Of a DNA stretch of 64,000 nucleotides, positions 1-13,193 are shown piece by piece (position 1 is the stretch's first letter; each line of letters begins with the position of its first letter). Where the stretch lies: assembly GCA_028534125.1 (NCBI GenBank), contig CM052817.1, forward strand, positions 29,452,001 to 29,516,000. The letters run 5' to 3'. Made by a program: the position numbers and the translations under genes. The notes below the pieces were generated by a model, which saw only the letters and a list, made by a program, of their open reading frames with translations, was not told the DNA's origin and made no database searches. This stretch comes from Lama glama (lineage: Eukaryota).

Positions 1-2323
1 AGACATACTTCACAGAACTAGAACAAATCATAATAAAATTTACATGGAACCATCAAAGACCTAGAATTGCCAAAGCATTACTGAAGAGAAAGAAAGAGGC
101 TGGAGGAATAACTCTCCCAGACTTCAGACAACACTATAGAGGTACAGTCATCAAGACAGCATGGTATTGGTACAAAAACAGACATATGGAGCAATGGAAC
201 AGAATAGAGAGCCCAGAAATGAACCCACAAACTTTTGGTCAACTCATCTTCGACAAAAGAAGCAAGAATATACAATGGAATAAAGACAGTCTCTTCAGCA
301 AATGGTTTTGGGAAAACTGGACAGCAGCATGTAAAGCAAAGAAGCTAGAACACACCCTTACACCATACACAAAAATCAACTCAAAATGGANNNNNNNNNN
401 NNNNNNNNNNNNNNNNNNNNNNNNNNNNNNNNNNNNNNNNNNNNNNNNNNNNNNNNNNNNNNNNNNNNNNNNNNNNNNNNNNNNNNNNNNNNNNNNNNNN
501 NNNNNNNNNNNNNNNNNNNNNNNNNNNNNNNNNNNNNNNNNNNNNNNNNNNNNNNNNNNNNNNNNNNNNNNNNNNNNNNNNNNNNNNNNNNNNNNNNNNN
601 NNNNNNNNNNNNNNNNNNNNNNNNNNNNNNNNNNNNNNNNNNNNNNNNNNNNNNNNNNNNNNNNNNNNNNNNNNNNNNNNNNNNNNNNNNNNNNNNNNNN
701 NNNNNNNNNNNNNNNNNNNNNNNNNNNNNNNNNNNNNNNNNNNNNNNNNNNNNNNNNNNNNNNNNNNNNNNNNNNNNNNNNNNNNNNNNNNNNNNNNNNN
801 NNNNNNNNNNNNNNNNNNNNNNNNNNNNNNNNNNNNNNNNNNNNNNNNNNNNNNNNNNNNNNNNNNNNNNNNNNNNNNNNNNNNNNNNNNCAATGGAACA
901 GAATAGAGAGCCCAGAAATGAACCCACAAACTTTTGGTCAACTCATCTTCGACAAAAGAAGCAAGAATATACAATGGAATAAAGACAGTCTCTTCAGCAA
1001 ATGGTTTTGGGAAAACTGGACAGCAGCATGTAAAGCAAAGAAGCTAGAACACACCCTTACACCATACACAAAAATCAACTCAAAATGGATCAGAGACTTA
1101 AACATAAGACAAGATACAATAAACCTCCTACAAAAAACTATAGGCAAAACATTATCTCACATACATCTCAAAAATGTTCTCCTAGGGCAGTCTACCCAAG
1201 CAATAGAAATAAAAGCAAGAATAAACAAATGGGACCTAATGAAACTTACAAGCTTCTTTACAGCAAAGGAAACCATAAGTAAAACAAACGACAACCTATG
1301 GAATGGGAGAAATTTTTTGCAAATGAAACCGACAAAGGCTTGATCTCCAGAATATATAACCAGCTCATATGACTTAATAAGAAAAAAACAAACAAACCCA
1401 ATCCAGAAATGGGCAAAAGACCTAAACAAGCAATTCTCCAAGGAAGAAATACAAATGATGAATACGCACATGATAAAATGTTCAATATCACTAATTATCA
1501 GAGAAATGCAAATCAAAACTATGATGAGGTATCACCTCACACCAGTCAGAATGGCCATCATTCCAAAGACCACAAATGACAAATGCTGGAGAGGCTGTTG
1601 AGAAAAGGGAACCCTCCTACACTGCTGGTGGGGATGCAGTTTGGTGCAGCCACTGTGGAAAGCAGTATGGAGATTCCTCAAGAGACTAGGAATAGACTTA
1701 CCATATGACCCAGGAATCCTGCTCCTAGGCATATATCCAGAAGGAACCCGACTTCAAAAAGATACCTGCACCCCAATTTACAATAGCCAAGACATGGAAA
1801 CAGCCTAAATGTCCATCAACAGATGACTGGATAAAGAAGAAGTGGTATATTAATACAATGGAATACTATTCAGCCATAAAAATTGACAACATAATGCCAT
1901 TTGCAGCAACATGGATGTTCCTGGAGAATGTCATTCTAAGTGAAGTAAGCCAGAAAGAGAAAGAAAAATACCATATGAGATCGCTCATATGTGGAATCTA
2001 AAAAAAACAAAACAAAATATAAATACAAAACAGAAACAGACTCAGACATAGAATACAAACTTGTGGTTGCCAAGGGGACGTGGGGTGAGAAGGGACAGAC
2101 TGGGATTTCAAAATGTAGAATAGATAAACAAAATTATACTGTATAGCACAGGGGAATATATATAAGATCTTATGGTAGCTCACAGTGAAAAAAAATGTGA
2201 CAATGAATATATGTATGTTCATGTATAACTGAAAAATTGTGCTCTACACTGGAATTTGACACAACATTGTAAAATGACTATAACTCAATAAAAATGTTAA
2301 AAAAGAAAAAAAAAGAGAAAAAA
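1..2323 (+). mobile_element. Young LINE-1: ORF2 C-terminal part, 3'UTR and poly(A); continues 5' beyond the window; interrupted by an N gap
   Basis: ORF 186..1343 gives L1 ORF2 peptides ([43 protein letters not shown]). AATAAA near 2287 and A-rich tail 2299-2323. Disrupted by frameshifts and an in-frame TGA at 1370-1372. Confidence 0.97.
391..890. other. Assembly gap (500 N) with duplicated flanks
   Basis: Run of N; 192-390 is identical to 891-1089. Confidence 0.99.
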
Positions 2324-2439
2324 TTAAGCACTACATTTACTACTACATTTTTATTTAGAATTATTTTATATTATTTTTATTGTTTTATCCCACCTATGTT
2401 CTACATATAATATAAAATAATCATCAGATTAATTTTTTA

Positions 2440-2670
2440 AACACATGCTATTCACTAGGCACAATATTGGATGCTTCACTCTTATTGATCATTTAGTCTT
2501 TACAAAAACCTTGAGGGATTTAAATCCCTATCTTATTGATGGTGGAACCCAAGGTTATAAAATATCTTTCTTGTTTTCAGTAAGTAACTAGACCTTCTGC
2601 AAGAGCTGAAATCTGAGACCAAGTTTGCTTTATACTTATGTCCATATTTCTCCATCAGTAACATTGCCTC
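2440..2670 (-). mobile_element. MIR SINE, degenerate
   Basis: Antisense MIR core pattern (catttagtctttacaaaaaccttgagg...gatggtggaacccaagg...gagctgaaatctgagaccaag). Confidence 0.6.
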
Positions 2671-3365
2671 CAGTCTATTTTAGTTCAGTTTTTAAGGAAG
2701 AAATTGCTTCACTAAAACTATTATTTCACAATTTGCTGCCCACTCTCATGCCTGTTGTAGATGATCAGAAACATTTCTGTGACTGAAAATGAACAATGTG
2801 GGGAAAATACCATGTAAACTTCGGGGGCATTTAAGTGCTTTTTGAAACCTTACCATTACAAGTTTGTCTGAAAGTTCTCTCTCTGTGTAAGTTTTACTTT
2901 GACACATTACCTTATATACAAAAAGAGGTATCTGACAAGATGGAGCACAGAGCCACTTTTGAGATGCTATTTTTGAGTTACTATTCTGCAAATCATTCAT
3001 GTTAATAAACATATTTGCAGAATATGGTTGAGGTTCTTACAGTCCATACTTCCCTATGTTATGGTCTGCACATCCTGTTTAAAATAGATAATGTGCCCCT
3101 ACGTGCACATACACATTTGATATATGCCAACAGAACATGAGATAACACAACATGGAATAACACAATATCCAGCCTTTCAAATTGTGAACTTTTGTAAGCA
3201 AGGACATAGGCCAAATTCATAATTAAAAGAGATTCTGCTCTTTGTAAGATATTCTTAACTTTGACTGTGAATGCAAGTCTGTAACATCACAGTTGTGACA
3301 GTGGTAACTATCATTGACAAAGTTTCTCTGCTGCTCCAAATCCAGCCAATTGCTCTTTTTCTCAG

Positions 3366-3428
3366 CACCTTCCTTGCTCACTGGTGACTGTGAAGCGGGA
3401 GCATCCCTTTCTGGGACCACTCAGTAAA
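3366..3428 (+). other. TFEC: Candidate exon, probably a 5' non-coding/first exon that may begin further upstream; tentatively TFEC exon 1
   Basis: Seen directly: pyrimidine tract plus AG (tgctctttttctcag) ending at 3365, and a strong donor AAA|GTAAGT at 3428/3429 in repeat-free, GC-richer sequence. The gene assignment rests only on my recollection of the TFEC mRNA 5'UTR (...ctgggaccactcagtaaa). No TFEC coding exon was found in the window. Confidence 0.4.
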
Positions 3429-3454
3429 GTAAGTGGTGAGGGATATTTTAGTTA

Positions 3455-3482
3455 ACAGGAAGTCAGAGGTTGTGCAATATCC
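3455..3482 (+). promoter_or_regulatory. Composite ETS (ACAGGAAGT) plus C/EBP (TTGTGCAAT) motif just downstream of the candidate donor
   Basis: aacaggaagtcagaggttgtgcaatatcc; both motifs are near consensus and a few bases apart. Function is inferred. Confidence 0.5.
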
Positions 3483-4369
3483 AGAAAAGGCTTTGTTATA
3501 ATATCCTTGGTCTATCTACAGATAGGTTTGTCTTCCTATCATTAAAAATTACCCTCTTGTTTGAGTTTTTCAGATGCAGTTTTTCAGGAGGTCACTAGAC
3601 CCCTGAATATTACAGTAAGAACAAAAAGGTGCAGTTAGTGAGACTCAGAGAGTCTGAAGAGCACAACGTAAATTGGAAACTTATCTGTAGTGACTCTATG
3701 TCTTTTATTACAAATAATTGTTCAGTGAAAATAATAAATCTTTTCTTGGGTAAGTGACAGATGGTTTAGAATGGCAAACTGGCTTTCAGTAAGTCCGTAA
3801 GAGGAAACAATCTTGTGTGTTTCAAAAGGGTAACAACAAGTCAAATAGTAAGATTTGGATCTAATTCCTCAGCAGCTGGACTATGAGTGAATATTCTTGA
3901 TCTAATGTCTTTTAGAAAATTCTCTTTGGGAAGATGTGTTGTGAATCTTATTTCAAAGAAAGTCTGATTAATTTCCCTTATGCTGTGCAAAATTGCTTTT
4001 GGGTACTAAGCTTCTCTGCATATGAAATAAGTATGTGTATGTGTGCACCTGTTTGTGTAAACTGATGAAGAAAACATAACCACATGCCCAGGAGCTTAAA
4101 GGTTCTTATTTACATGGTAATATTATGGAGCATATTTACATTCCTTTTACTTAATTCTATTTTGCAAAATGAGAAGGTTCAAGAAAAATGAGAACTTCAA
4201 TCTTGATTTATACCAGTAAAGTTGGCTATTTATTTTCTGCTGTCAAAATTAACAGAAACTAAATAGTTAATGGACAAAATGAAACAAATTCCTCTCTAAT
4301 GGTTCTTCTGTAATGGACTTCTGACTGTCACTCTTTCACTATGTTTCCATTTGGTTCTGAATTACAGAA

Positions 4370-4670
4370 AATCCTATTACTGTGACTTATAATAATTATA
4401 GGCTTATATTTCTCACACAAAGAAATTCAGAAGGTTATCCAGAGCCATTAGTGTGACTTAACAATGCTTGTCAACTTGGTATTCTTTATCTTCCTGATTC
4501 ACTAATTTTAGCCTGTGATTTTGGCTGTCATGATCACAGGATTATTGAAGAGTATGTCTCAATTAAATTAAGAAAAGGGAAGTAGTGAAGGAAGATAGGT
4601 CCTGCCTGGAGTGTTCATGTGGGTGATCATAGCTGCAAGGGAGCCTTGGACCATATGCATTTTAGTTTTA
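4370..4670 (-). mobile_element. Old MaLR LTR (MLT1J/K/L-like) remnant
   Basis: tagctgcaagggagccttgg and ttatatttctcacacaaagaaattcagaagg resemble old MLT1 antisense motifs. Confidence 0.5.
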
Positions 4671-5859
4671 CTGCTTTGTTAATAGAAGACAAAGGAAATT
4701 AATTTGAACATAGCTTGTGAGAAGTCCATAGTTATTAAGTAAAATGCTATCCTATTAATTAGAAGAGAATGAGTCATTTAAGACAATTGAGCATTAGACT
4801 AAAATGAAACTTGCTCCCTAGTCAATGTGGAAAAAATGATTTTATCTTATTCCTGGCTATGGTAGTAAACCATATATTTGCTTAGGTTTGCCTGTTCTTT
4901 ATTTTGAAACCTCATGTCTGTTATAGAATCATAATAGCTAAATTTTTAATTACTCAGAAAAAAAATCACCACTTACTCATTTTTGTATTTCCCCCAGAGC
5001 ATAGCATTGCTCAGCATATTAACAGATAACCAGTAACACTGATCAATTAAATTAATGAATATTTTAACCATTCTTAAAATATCAGAAATAGCTACTTAAG
5101 GTGGTTTGGAGGAGAAATTATATTTACTACAGCTATCACATTATTAACATAATTTGGTTAATAATATTGGGAACTTAAGAAATGTATGAGTAATATTTTA
5201 TATTTACACTAAAATAATACATTGGAAATTACATTTTTGGATATACTTACTCTTGTCATTTCACCCCACCTTTTCTTGCTACTCAAAATAGACCTACTAG
5301 TTATTAGCTATTACTGGCTTCACAGACATGAGATTAATTTTTGCTCTTTCCATGTCATTATTGTGCCAACCTGCCCAATTTAATTCCATCTCCAGGACAT
5401 GAAGGTATAGGCTGTACTGACTGAAAAATTAGGAGTAATTTTTTGCATTAAAATCCTAAGTGAGAGTTACTAGAAAGGTTTAAAGGAAGGATGAATGAGG
5501 ATTGGATACTTTTAAATGCTCACGTATCCCCTACATTATTTAGTGTGAGAGGCCCAGGCATAATGCTCTTAGAAAATGCACATCCCTACATTTAAACTCA
5601 TTAGAACCAGTCTTAGCACTATAGTAACAACTACTAAACTACTGCTTCTGCCTTCTCACTTTTACTGATGAATGGAATCATAAGATGCTAGAATATCAAG
5701 ATAAAGATAAATGATTTAGATACAGGATTTGGGATAGATCGAGTTGACAGTTTGCTTTAGCTTCTGACTTAGGTTGCTCATATTATATTTGATGAGGCAA
5801 AAATGATCTGAAAGGGAAGGTAATGGAAGACTTTTAGAGCTCCCTGAGGTATCTGATTT

Positions 5860-6222
5860 TATTCTGTTTAGGGGAATGTGTCCCTGGGAAATGACCATGG
5901 CTGTATGATTTGTGTTGGCCAATGAAACATGAACCTGAAATGACATGTATATTTTCTGAAGGGAAGTATTTAAGAGTCATGAATGATTATCTGTGCACAC
6001 TTCCTCTGCCACCGCAATACTGAAAGCACATGTTAATATGTAATGCCATGAAATTAAAGCAGCCTGGAATGATGAGTCAAAACTTACAAGACAGCTGCTC
6101 TAGGGAGTCATCCAGACACACAGGAGAATGCACAATTGAGAAAGAAACTTTACTTAAAAGTTTCTTATCTTTTGGTGATGTTGTTACTGTGGTATGATTA
6201 AGCCTACGTTGGCTGATTCTCA
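5860..6222 (+). mobile_element. Old MaLR LTR (MLT1J-like)
   Basis: ttggccaatgaaacatga...gaagtatttaagagtca...gacagctgctctagggagtcatccagac...ttgttactgtggtatgattaagccta, matching the MLT1 3' half. Confidence 0.7.
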
Positions 6223-6779
6223 AAAATTGAGAAATAAGACAAGTGATTTTAAAATATCAACTTCTTTTACTAATAAAATTTAAAGTGAGGGATAAAATCT
6301 AAGCTTAGTATTGGGAAGCAAATAGGCCTTTTAAAAAAACTCAAAAATAGGTAACCTCCTCCCTCCTTCAAGCCACAGATCAAGCTGAAATCCCTACCTG
6401 GAATACCTTCTCAGGAAAGGACTAAGGAATGGGGCGATTGTGAGAAATTCTGGACCTTGTTGGCAGATGCACTACCAAAAAGGAGAAGAGAGGAACCCAG
6501 CTGACATGACCCGTTTATCGTTACCACATTTTCTAATTAGACAAAGTCATTTCATCTCCCCTGGGATTAAGAGAATAGGGGCAGAGAGGCCAGGAATGTA
6601 CCACCAGTTCTACTGGTTAAAAAAACAAAACAAAACAAAGCAGCAAGAGCAAAAAACCAAAACCAAAACCAAACCAACAACAACTAAAACAGGATGGGAA
6701 AGAAGACTTCTGCCTGTTGCCCTGCAAGACTCCATCCGGTCCCTACCCTCTGCTCCAGTCACACATTGCATTCCTGTAT

Positions 6780-7110
6780 TTAATTCTGGAGGCATATGAA
6801 CATGCTATTTCCTTTGAACTGAACAGTCTTCTGTTCTCTCTTATCCAGTCATCTCTTATTCATCATTCCAATCTCACCTCAATAGCTGTTTCCCCAGGTA
6901 AGCCTTCTTTGCCTCCTTAACTGGATCAGTTTTCTTTATTAAAAGCTCTTTTATTGCACTGTTTTTTATTGCATCTTATATACTTACTACATTTATGATT
7001 TTATATTTATTGTGTAATTACTTTTAGTAATGCCCATATCCCTAACAAGATTATAAACTGAATGATACTATGCCTGTTTTGTTCATCATTTATTCTTTGT
7101 GTCTTGCATG
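6780..7110 (+). mobile_element. LINE-2 3' fragment
   Basis: ccccaggtaagccttctttgcctcc...agattataaact...tatgcctgttttgttcatc, L2 3' end pattern. Confidence 0.55.
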
Positions 7111-7119
7111 GTAGAGCTG

Positions 7120-7400
7120 TCTTTTCTTTTTCTCTTTCCTTCTCTCTCCCTCTCTACTCTTCCTGCTCCTCATCCATCATCTTCTCTTCCTCCTCCTCCT
7201 TATTTTTCTTTTCTCCATCCCTATCTATCTTATCTTATCTATCTATCTATCTACCTACCTACCTACCTATCTACCTATCTATCCATATACATCCACATTT
7301 CTACATATATGCAAATATTCATAAAATATACAAATACACACAATGCACATTGTGTATACATTATATATTATTTATATATACAAAATGTGTGTAAAATGTA
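7120..7400. repeat. Pyrimidine-rich tract, compound (TATC)n(TACC)n microsatellite (about 7220-7285) and TA/CA-rich low complexity
   Basis: Directly visible: tatctatctatctatctacctacctacctacctatct. Confidence 0.9.
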
Positions 7401-7684
7401 TATGGAATGTACATTAGCTAGATATTTTAAAGAGGTACATTCATAATTATACAAGTGAGAAATATTTGGAAGACAGATGAAGTGTCTAAAAGCAATGTGA
7501 ATAAAATAACTGGTAAATATCAAGTGATATAGTGGAATAAAGATGTGAAATTAAACAGTTAGAAAGTAAACTAAAAAGGAATATTCATCTGGCCAGGGCA
7601 CTCATTTTGCCTGTAAGTGAGAGCACTTTGTTGAACCAGAAGCAAAGTTTCATGGTGGTGACTCAGATTTGTATGTACAGCCCT

Positions 7685-8116
7685 TGTTAAGGTATAAGTT
7701 AAGTGGCTACAACAAAAAAAAATCACAGAATATAATAAATGAAAACATATATGTCCTTCATACCTACTTCCAGGTGTGGGTGGGACAGGTTGGTAGGATG
7801 GCTCTACTCCATAAAGTCATCCAGGAATAGTAATTTCTTTCATCTTTTTCAGTCAGGCTACCTTTTATTGTCACTATACGGTCAAGGCTGAGTTACTGTC
7901 ATTATATTCAGGCCCTGTGTAAGGAGGTAAGAGTTTAACTCCAAGAAAACAGATCTAATTGAGTGACCCAGAATTAACCACTGTATGTGTGTATTAACCA
8001 TGACTAGATTCAGGGAGGTTGGGGAACGTTCTTTCTGGGGTAGCCAGACAATTAAAACTCTTTTACTAAGGTAGAAATATATAATAATTTTGTGGAATAA
8101 TAAATCATCTGCCACA
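7685..8116 (-). mobile_element. Old MaLR LTR (MLT1J/K-like)
   Basis: ttaaggtataagttaagtggctacaacaaa start; tagattcagggaggttgggga; ends atctgccaca. Confidence 0.6.
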
Positions 8117-11100
8117 CAGCTTACATAGGAAGACATGAGGATGTCACTTCTGCAATAAGACAAAAATAGAAAAGAAAATATAAAAACATGAAATTCTCAC
8201 AGGATGCAAAATCAGACAAATTGGTGTATGATTACCTATGAGAAAGCCTGGGGTGAGAACCATGGTGTTTAAGATTTATCTGAAGGGGCTTTGAAAGTTT
8301 CATTTTCTTGCCTCAAGGTTAGGAGTAGATAAACATCAAACCAAAAAAATTTTTTTAAAAGCTTTTATATTTTCCTCTTCTAACACATATCAATGTTTAA
8401 TGAATTCCACTTCTGTGTTTTTTTTAAATTCACTTTTGCGTGGTATACTTTTTTATCTTTTTACTTTCAAACTGTTCATATCATTATATTTGAAGTGAAG
8501 TTCTTTTAAATATGGTTTAGCATGGGGCTCCTTTTGGATACCACATTCATTTTTAAAATAGTTCTTTCCAGTAAATGGGGCAGGATATAAAACCAATTCC
8601 ACCAGTTTTGCACACAGCAACACAGGCATCAATCTGAAAGTGTAATATGTGCTTTACGGACCTACAAGAAGTGGGAGCTATTCACAGGCATTTTCTAATT
8701 TAGTGTAAAAAAGTAGCATTCCTTAAGAATTCAACTGATGATACATCTTATTGAAAGCTTAAATGTAAACAGAGGCATAAGCTGAGCTTCAAAAATTTTG
8801 GAAATTAGTCATTAGTGAATTTCACTACAGTAAGGTAAAATGCAAGGATAATATGGGACATAGAAGAAGATCAATTTTATGACTGATAAAAACTCGAAGA
8901 AAAAAAAAACAATTCCCTTAGGATCATTGTAATAGTTGTTTGGAAGAAAAGTTTTCAGATAGAAATCTTTAGATACTTTGTATCTGTATTCACAGCCAAT
9001 AACTACCTTAAATTTTTAGCCTTAGTTACAAAGGATTATGTTAATTGTGCTTCACAGAGCACACTGTTTACTACTGATTCACGCAAGAGCACTCTTCTGT
9101 GTATTCATGTGTGTATGCATGCATCCATGCATCTGCATACCTATGTATCTATCTCTTCTCCCTCTGCCTTATCCAATCCTGTGAATGATATTTTCATTCT
9201 GTTAATACTACATTTTGAAAAAATTGTGAATTTTATAAAGTTTATTTTATCAGTATCTTCTGTTTAGAAATGTTTACTTATATATTATGGCAATACAATT
9301 AGGCTAAATTCTTTATATGGTTCTCTGAACACTATTTAGGTGAGGTTCTAATATTTTGTTCTCACTGCAAAGCTCTCTGTTAGATAATTTATCTGGGAAC
9401 TCTCACATTACAGATAAAGAATAGGTGCATCCCAGCTAATAATTCTAGCCAAGATTCTTTCAGGTAAAGATAGCAAAATAAATACGCACTATCCATTACC
9501 TGTGGTTCTTAACATTTAATTGTGAACAGAAAGTTGGATTCCTATGTCCAACACAAAATAACTAGATATTACATACTCTTCAAAGTGATTCATGTGCGTT
9601 TTCTCATTAATTATTGCAAAATTCCCATGACTTACTTGTTATCATTACCCCCCACCTTTTTTTTTTTTTGACAGAGAAAGCAAGTCTAAAGAGAAATTTC
9701 ATAATCTGAATTTTTAACCAGCACTCCAGGTGATTCTAATATAGGGGGTTAGGCACTACAGGACGTGAGTTATCTGAGAGAGAGGCATTCCCTTAATAAA
9801 GAAATGTATGATGAATCCAAAAGAGAAAAATTCATTTTATTCTTGAACTATATTATATATTCAAGCAACTGGTAAATTATTTTTGATATAGAATTCCCAA
9901 ATTTTAGATATAACATTTTATCATTATTTGAATATTTTAAAAACTCAGCATTGTCCTTGTTTGGGCAATACCCTAAGCTTTTTTATTCTCATTTAGAGCT
10001 GAACTGCCAAATTGTAATGATAGCAGATTAATCTTAGAATGGTTAAATTGCTTATGAACAGGAAATGTTTACAAATCAGTTTCTAAAGCCTGATTTTTAT
10101 TTAGTTTAATTTTGGGGTGAGTTCATCTTTCATTTTAAAGTTGTAGTAAGTTTTCAAATTTCATGTATTTTTTTTTTCAAGAACAAGCAAATCACTTGCA
10201 TATTACTTGAATTGGGACCTTGGTTTTTCTTCTTCAAAAAGACTAAAATTATCTGAAGAATAAAATATCCTTGTGGAGTTTCCTTTGACTCATCTTACTG
10301 CTTTTTCAGTAAAAGATTTTTCTTAAGATTTTCTTGAGTCACCAAGAGCAGTGATTCTAAGAACAAGGCTGCTGAGCATATTCAACAAGCTAAGCTGATT
10401 CAGGTCTCAGATAATAAAGATGAACTATTTTTGTGAAGTTAATTGGAAGAGAAGACATCTGCTGCTGCTTTTGGGTAAGGGTTATTTTTAGATTTGTCAT
10501 CCTGACTGGTCCTTCTTCTCAATTAAAATAGCAAAGTTAAATACTTAGGCAAACTATTTATAAAGAGGAATAAAAACAATGTTACATGCAAACTCAGGAA
10601 AAATGTGTTACTTAACCTTAAAGAATACCTAAAGGATCCAATACGTCTACTGCTAGAATTAAGATGAATAAAACAAATGCCTTAAGCCTCCACAGGGGAC
10701 AAATTTAGTACTCCTAATGGGAAGAGTTTCTGAAGGGGAAGCAAAGATTGCAGTTCAAGTTTACCACCCAAGCTTCCAATTGGAGACTCATGAACAATGT
10801 ACCCACAATGTATTGCACAGCAATCATAATATCTAGTCAAAGATATTCCCAATACTTGATGCTTAAAATGAGGTATGGTAAATGGGAGAATGTTTTTCCT
10901 GGTTCTTTGTATGAGCAGGAACCCCATTACAACCTGCATTTTTCCTCACAACTCCTTACTATTTGCTCATATATATCTTTTCTAATTTAGCAAGCACAGA
11001 ATAAAAACAAGAACACTATAGTGTCAGACTCGTTTTCACTCAGTTTCAAACACTGAATACCTTCAGTGTAGCCTTACTCCTGCCTAGTCCCTGACCAAGT

Positions 11101-12219
11101 TTTGAAAAACAGGGTTTTTTTTTTTCCTATATTCATATTAATCTTTGATTAGTGCACATCTGGAATAAAGCTATATCTTTTTTCCCACTGAGATAAACTG
11201 TTCTCTCTAGCTTCTGTTGTGTTTTCTCATTTAATTTGTCTAGAGTTCTATTAGACATCAAGATGAAATTCAGTTAAGAAAGCAGATTTTATGATGGCAG
11301 GATATTTTAGCTTTTTATTTTCACTGCTCTATCTCCAGCAAATATAGCAATACTTTATTCATAGTAAACAACAATAAATAGTCATTGAATGAATCAACCA
11401 GTGAATACTAATATTACTTCTCTGTGCCTTTACATTTTTGAACTAAGGTCTGATATTCTATTTATTAACTTAGGTTAGTGCTGACTTTTAGGGTTCTAGA
11501 TCCCATTTCTGTCTCCCCTGAATTCTGTCTGAAGTTTTGTCTGAGAGAATAAACAATACAAAAATATCTATCTAATATAAAACATTGCTATGAGTTGACA
11601 AACTGTTGTCACGTTTTAACCTCCAGAGTAGATACCTAAGGGCATCAACTAGCTAGAACTAAGTACAAATTTACCTTGTTCTTTTGCTGTGTATAAATTG
11701 CTAGAACATGAAGTAGTGGAAAGAAGCTTGGTTTTGCAATAACCCACATCAGGATTCCAATACTGTCTCTGACATTGTAATTGTATTGTGTCCATAGGCA
11801 AGTTTCCTCATTCGATTCAATAAAAAAATAATTGATTGTGTGCTCCAATTCATCAGGCAGTGTACTATAACCCAGGGTTATGAAGATGGAGTCTTTATCC
11901 TTAGAGAGTTCAGTATGTAGTAGGAGAAACAGCCACATAAAAAGACAATACAAAAAGGAGCCTTAAAATGCAGTAACAGAGATTTAACTCAGGATTGTAA
12001 GAGGTCAAAAGAGGAGAAGAGTATCTAGCCTTGGGAACTTTCTCACTGGACTCATACCCTATGTGAAATCACCAGCAATACATAGCCCGAATATAGAAAT
12101 GTCTTGCTACCTCCAGAGCTAGGAACCTAGTGTAGTCTAAACCATCATCACATCTTTTTTGTAAAACAGAAGGTTCAGGTTTGTTGACCTGTATTATAGT
12201 ATCATCTCAACAGCCATAT

Positions 12220-13193
12220 TAATTTTAAAAATATAAATTATGTTATTTTCCTGTTAAAAATTCTCCAATAGCTTTCCATCACACTGACAATAAAAGTACG
12301 TACTATTCCTTATCCTGGCTCACATGGCTTTGGCAGAGAGTGTCTCCCTGTTCACTAAACACATGTCTTCGCCATGGGAATACAACTAGACACCATATCC
12401 CATGTTCCCTTGCAGTGATGTGTGTATGTATTTATGAATGTTTTCTAGGTGATGGACTTTTAGCACAGTTTGAACTTGGAAGTAATATGTTAAAGGTGAT
12501 ACTATTTCTCAACACCTTAAAGACTTTATGGAGCAGTGACACCTTCCCTCACTCCATGGGGGGCTGTCAGGAAAACCTGGGCTAATTTTCAGATATTTCA
12601 GGTTTACCTGTGAAATCTACTAGCATTAGCTTTACTAACACCAGGGCCCACTTCGGGTTTCTTCTCTGCCAATCTCTCTGCCTCATCTCCTATTACCATT
12701 ACATTTGTCCACTCTGTCCCAGTCACGTGGGTCTTACTCCTGTATTTTATGCATCCCAATTTGTTAACATTTCAGGACTTGGCACTTACTTTCTTCTCTA
12801 CTTCGAGTTCTATTTCTCAAGACATGCAAATAGCCTATTGCTCACTTCTTTAAGCACTGGCCAGAGTCACCTGTACAGGAAGTTTCCTTGACTACTTCCA
12901 CTTTTAAAAATAGGCACTCCTTCTATCATGCTCTGTCCTTTCCCCCTGCTTAATTTTTACTCCATAGAATAATATAACCTTTTCATATTATTTTATATAT
13001 TTGGTATTTCTTCACTATGTAATTCCAGTTGGTGAAAATATACTATATATTTATTTACTTTTTATTTGTCTTCCTTACTAGAATGTCTTTCCATGAGCCA
13101 GGAGAACTTTCTGTGTTTACCATTTTATCCATAGAAGAGTACTTGCATATGGTAGGCAATTAAAATATAAGTTTAATGGGTATTAAATGAATA
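12220..13193 (+). mobile_element. LINE-2 (L2a-like) 3' region with a probable nested MLT1 fragment at about 12340-12600
   Basis: ctgttaaaaattctccaatagctttccatcacact; ggaagtttccttgact; tactagaatgt...catatggtaggcaattaaaatat...aaatgaata L2 tail. Confidence 0.7.

Noticed and set aside
186..1343. 385-aa ORF and other X-filled ORFs (also 40136-40424 and 55441-56137)
   Set aside because: Artefacts of translating through N gaps within L1 ORF2 remnants.
3223..3420. Minus-strand 65-aa ORF over the candidate exon
   Set aside because: GTG start, no recognisable homology; the splice signals point to the plus strand.
3574..3614. Second possible small exon (tttttcag ... aca|gtaaga)
   Set aside because: Weaker donor and no independent support; such pairs occur by chance in AT-rich DNA.
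7062..7446. 110- and 115-aa hydrophobic ORFs
   Set aside because: Translation of microsatellite and low-complexity DNA.
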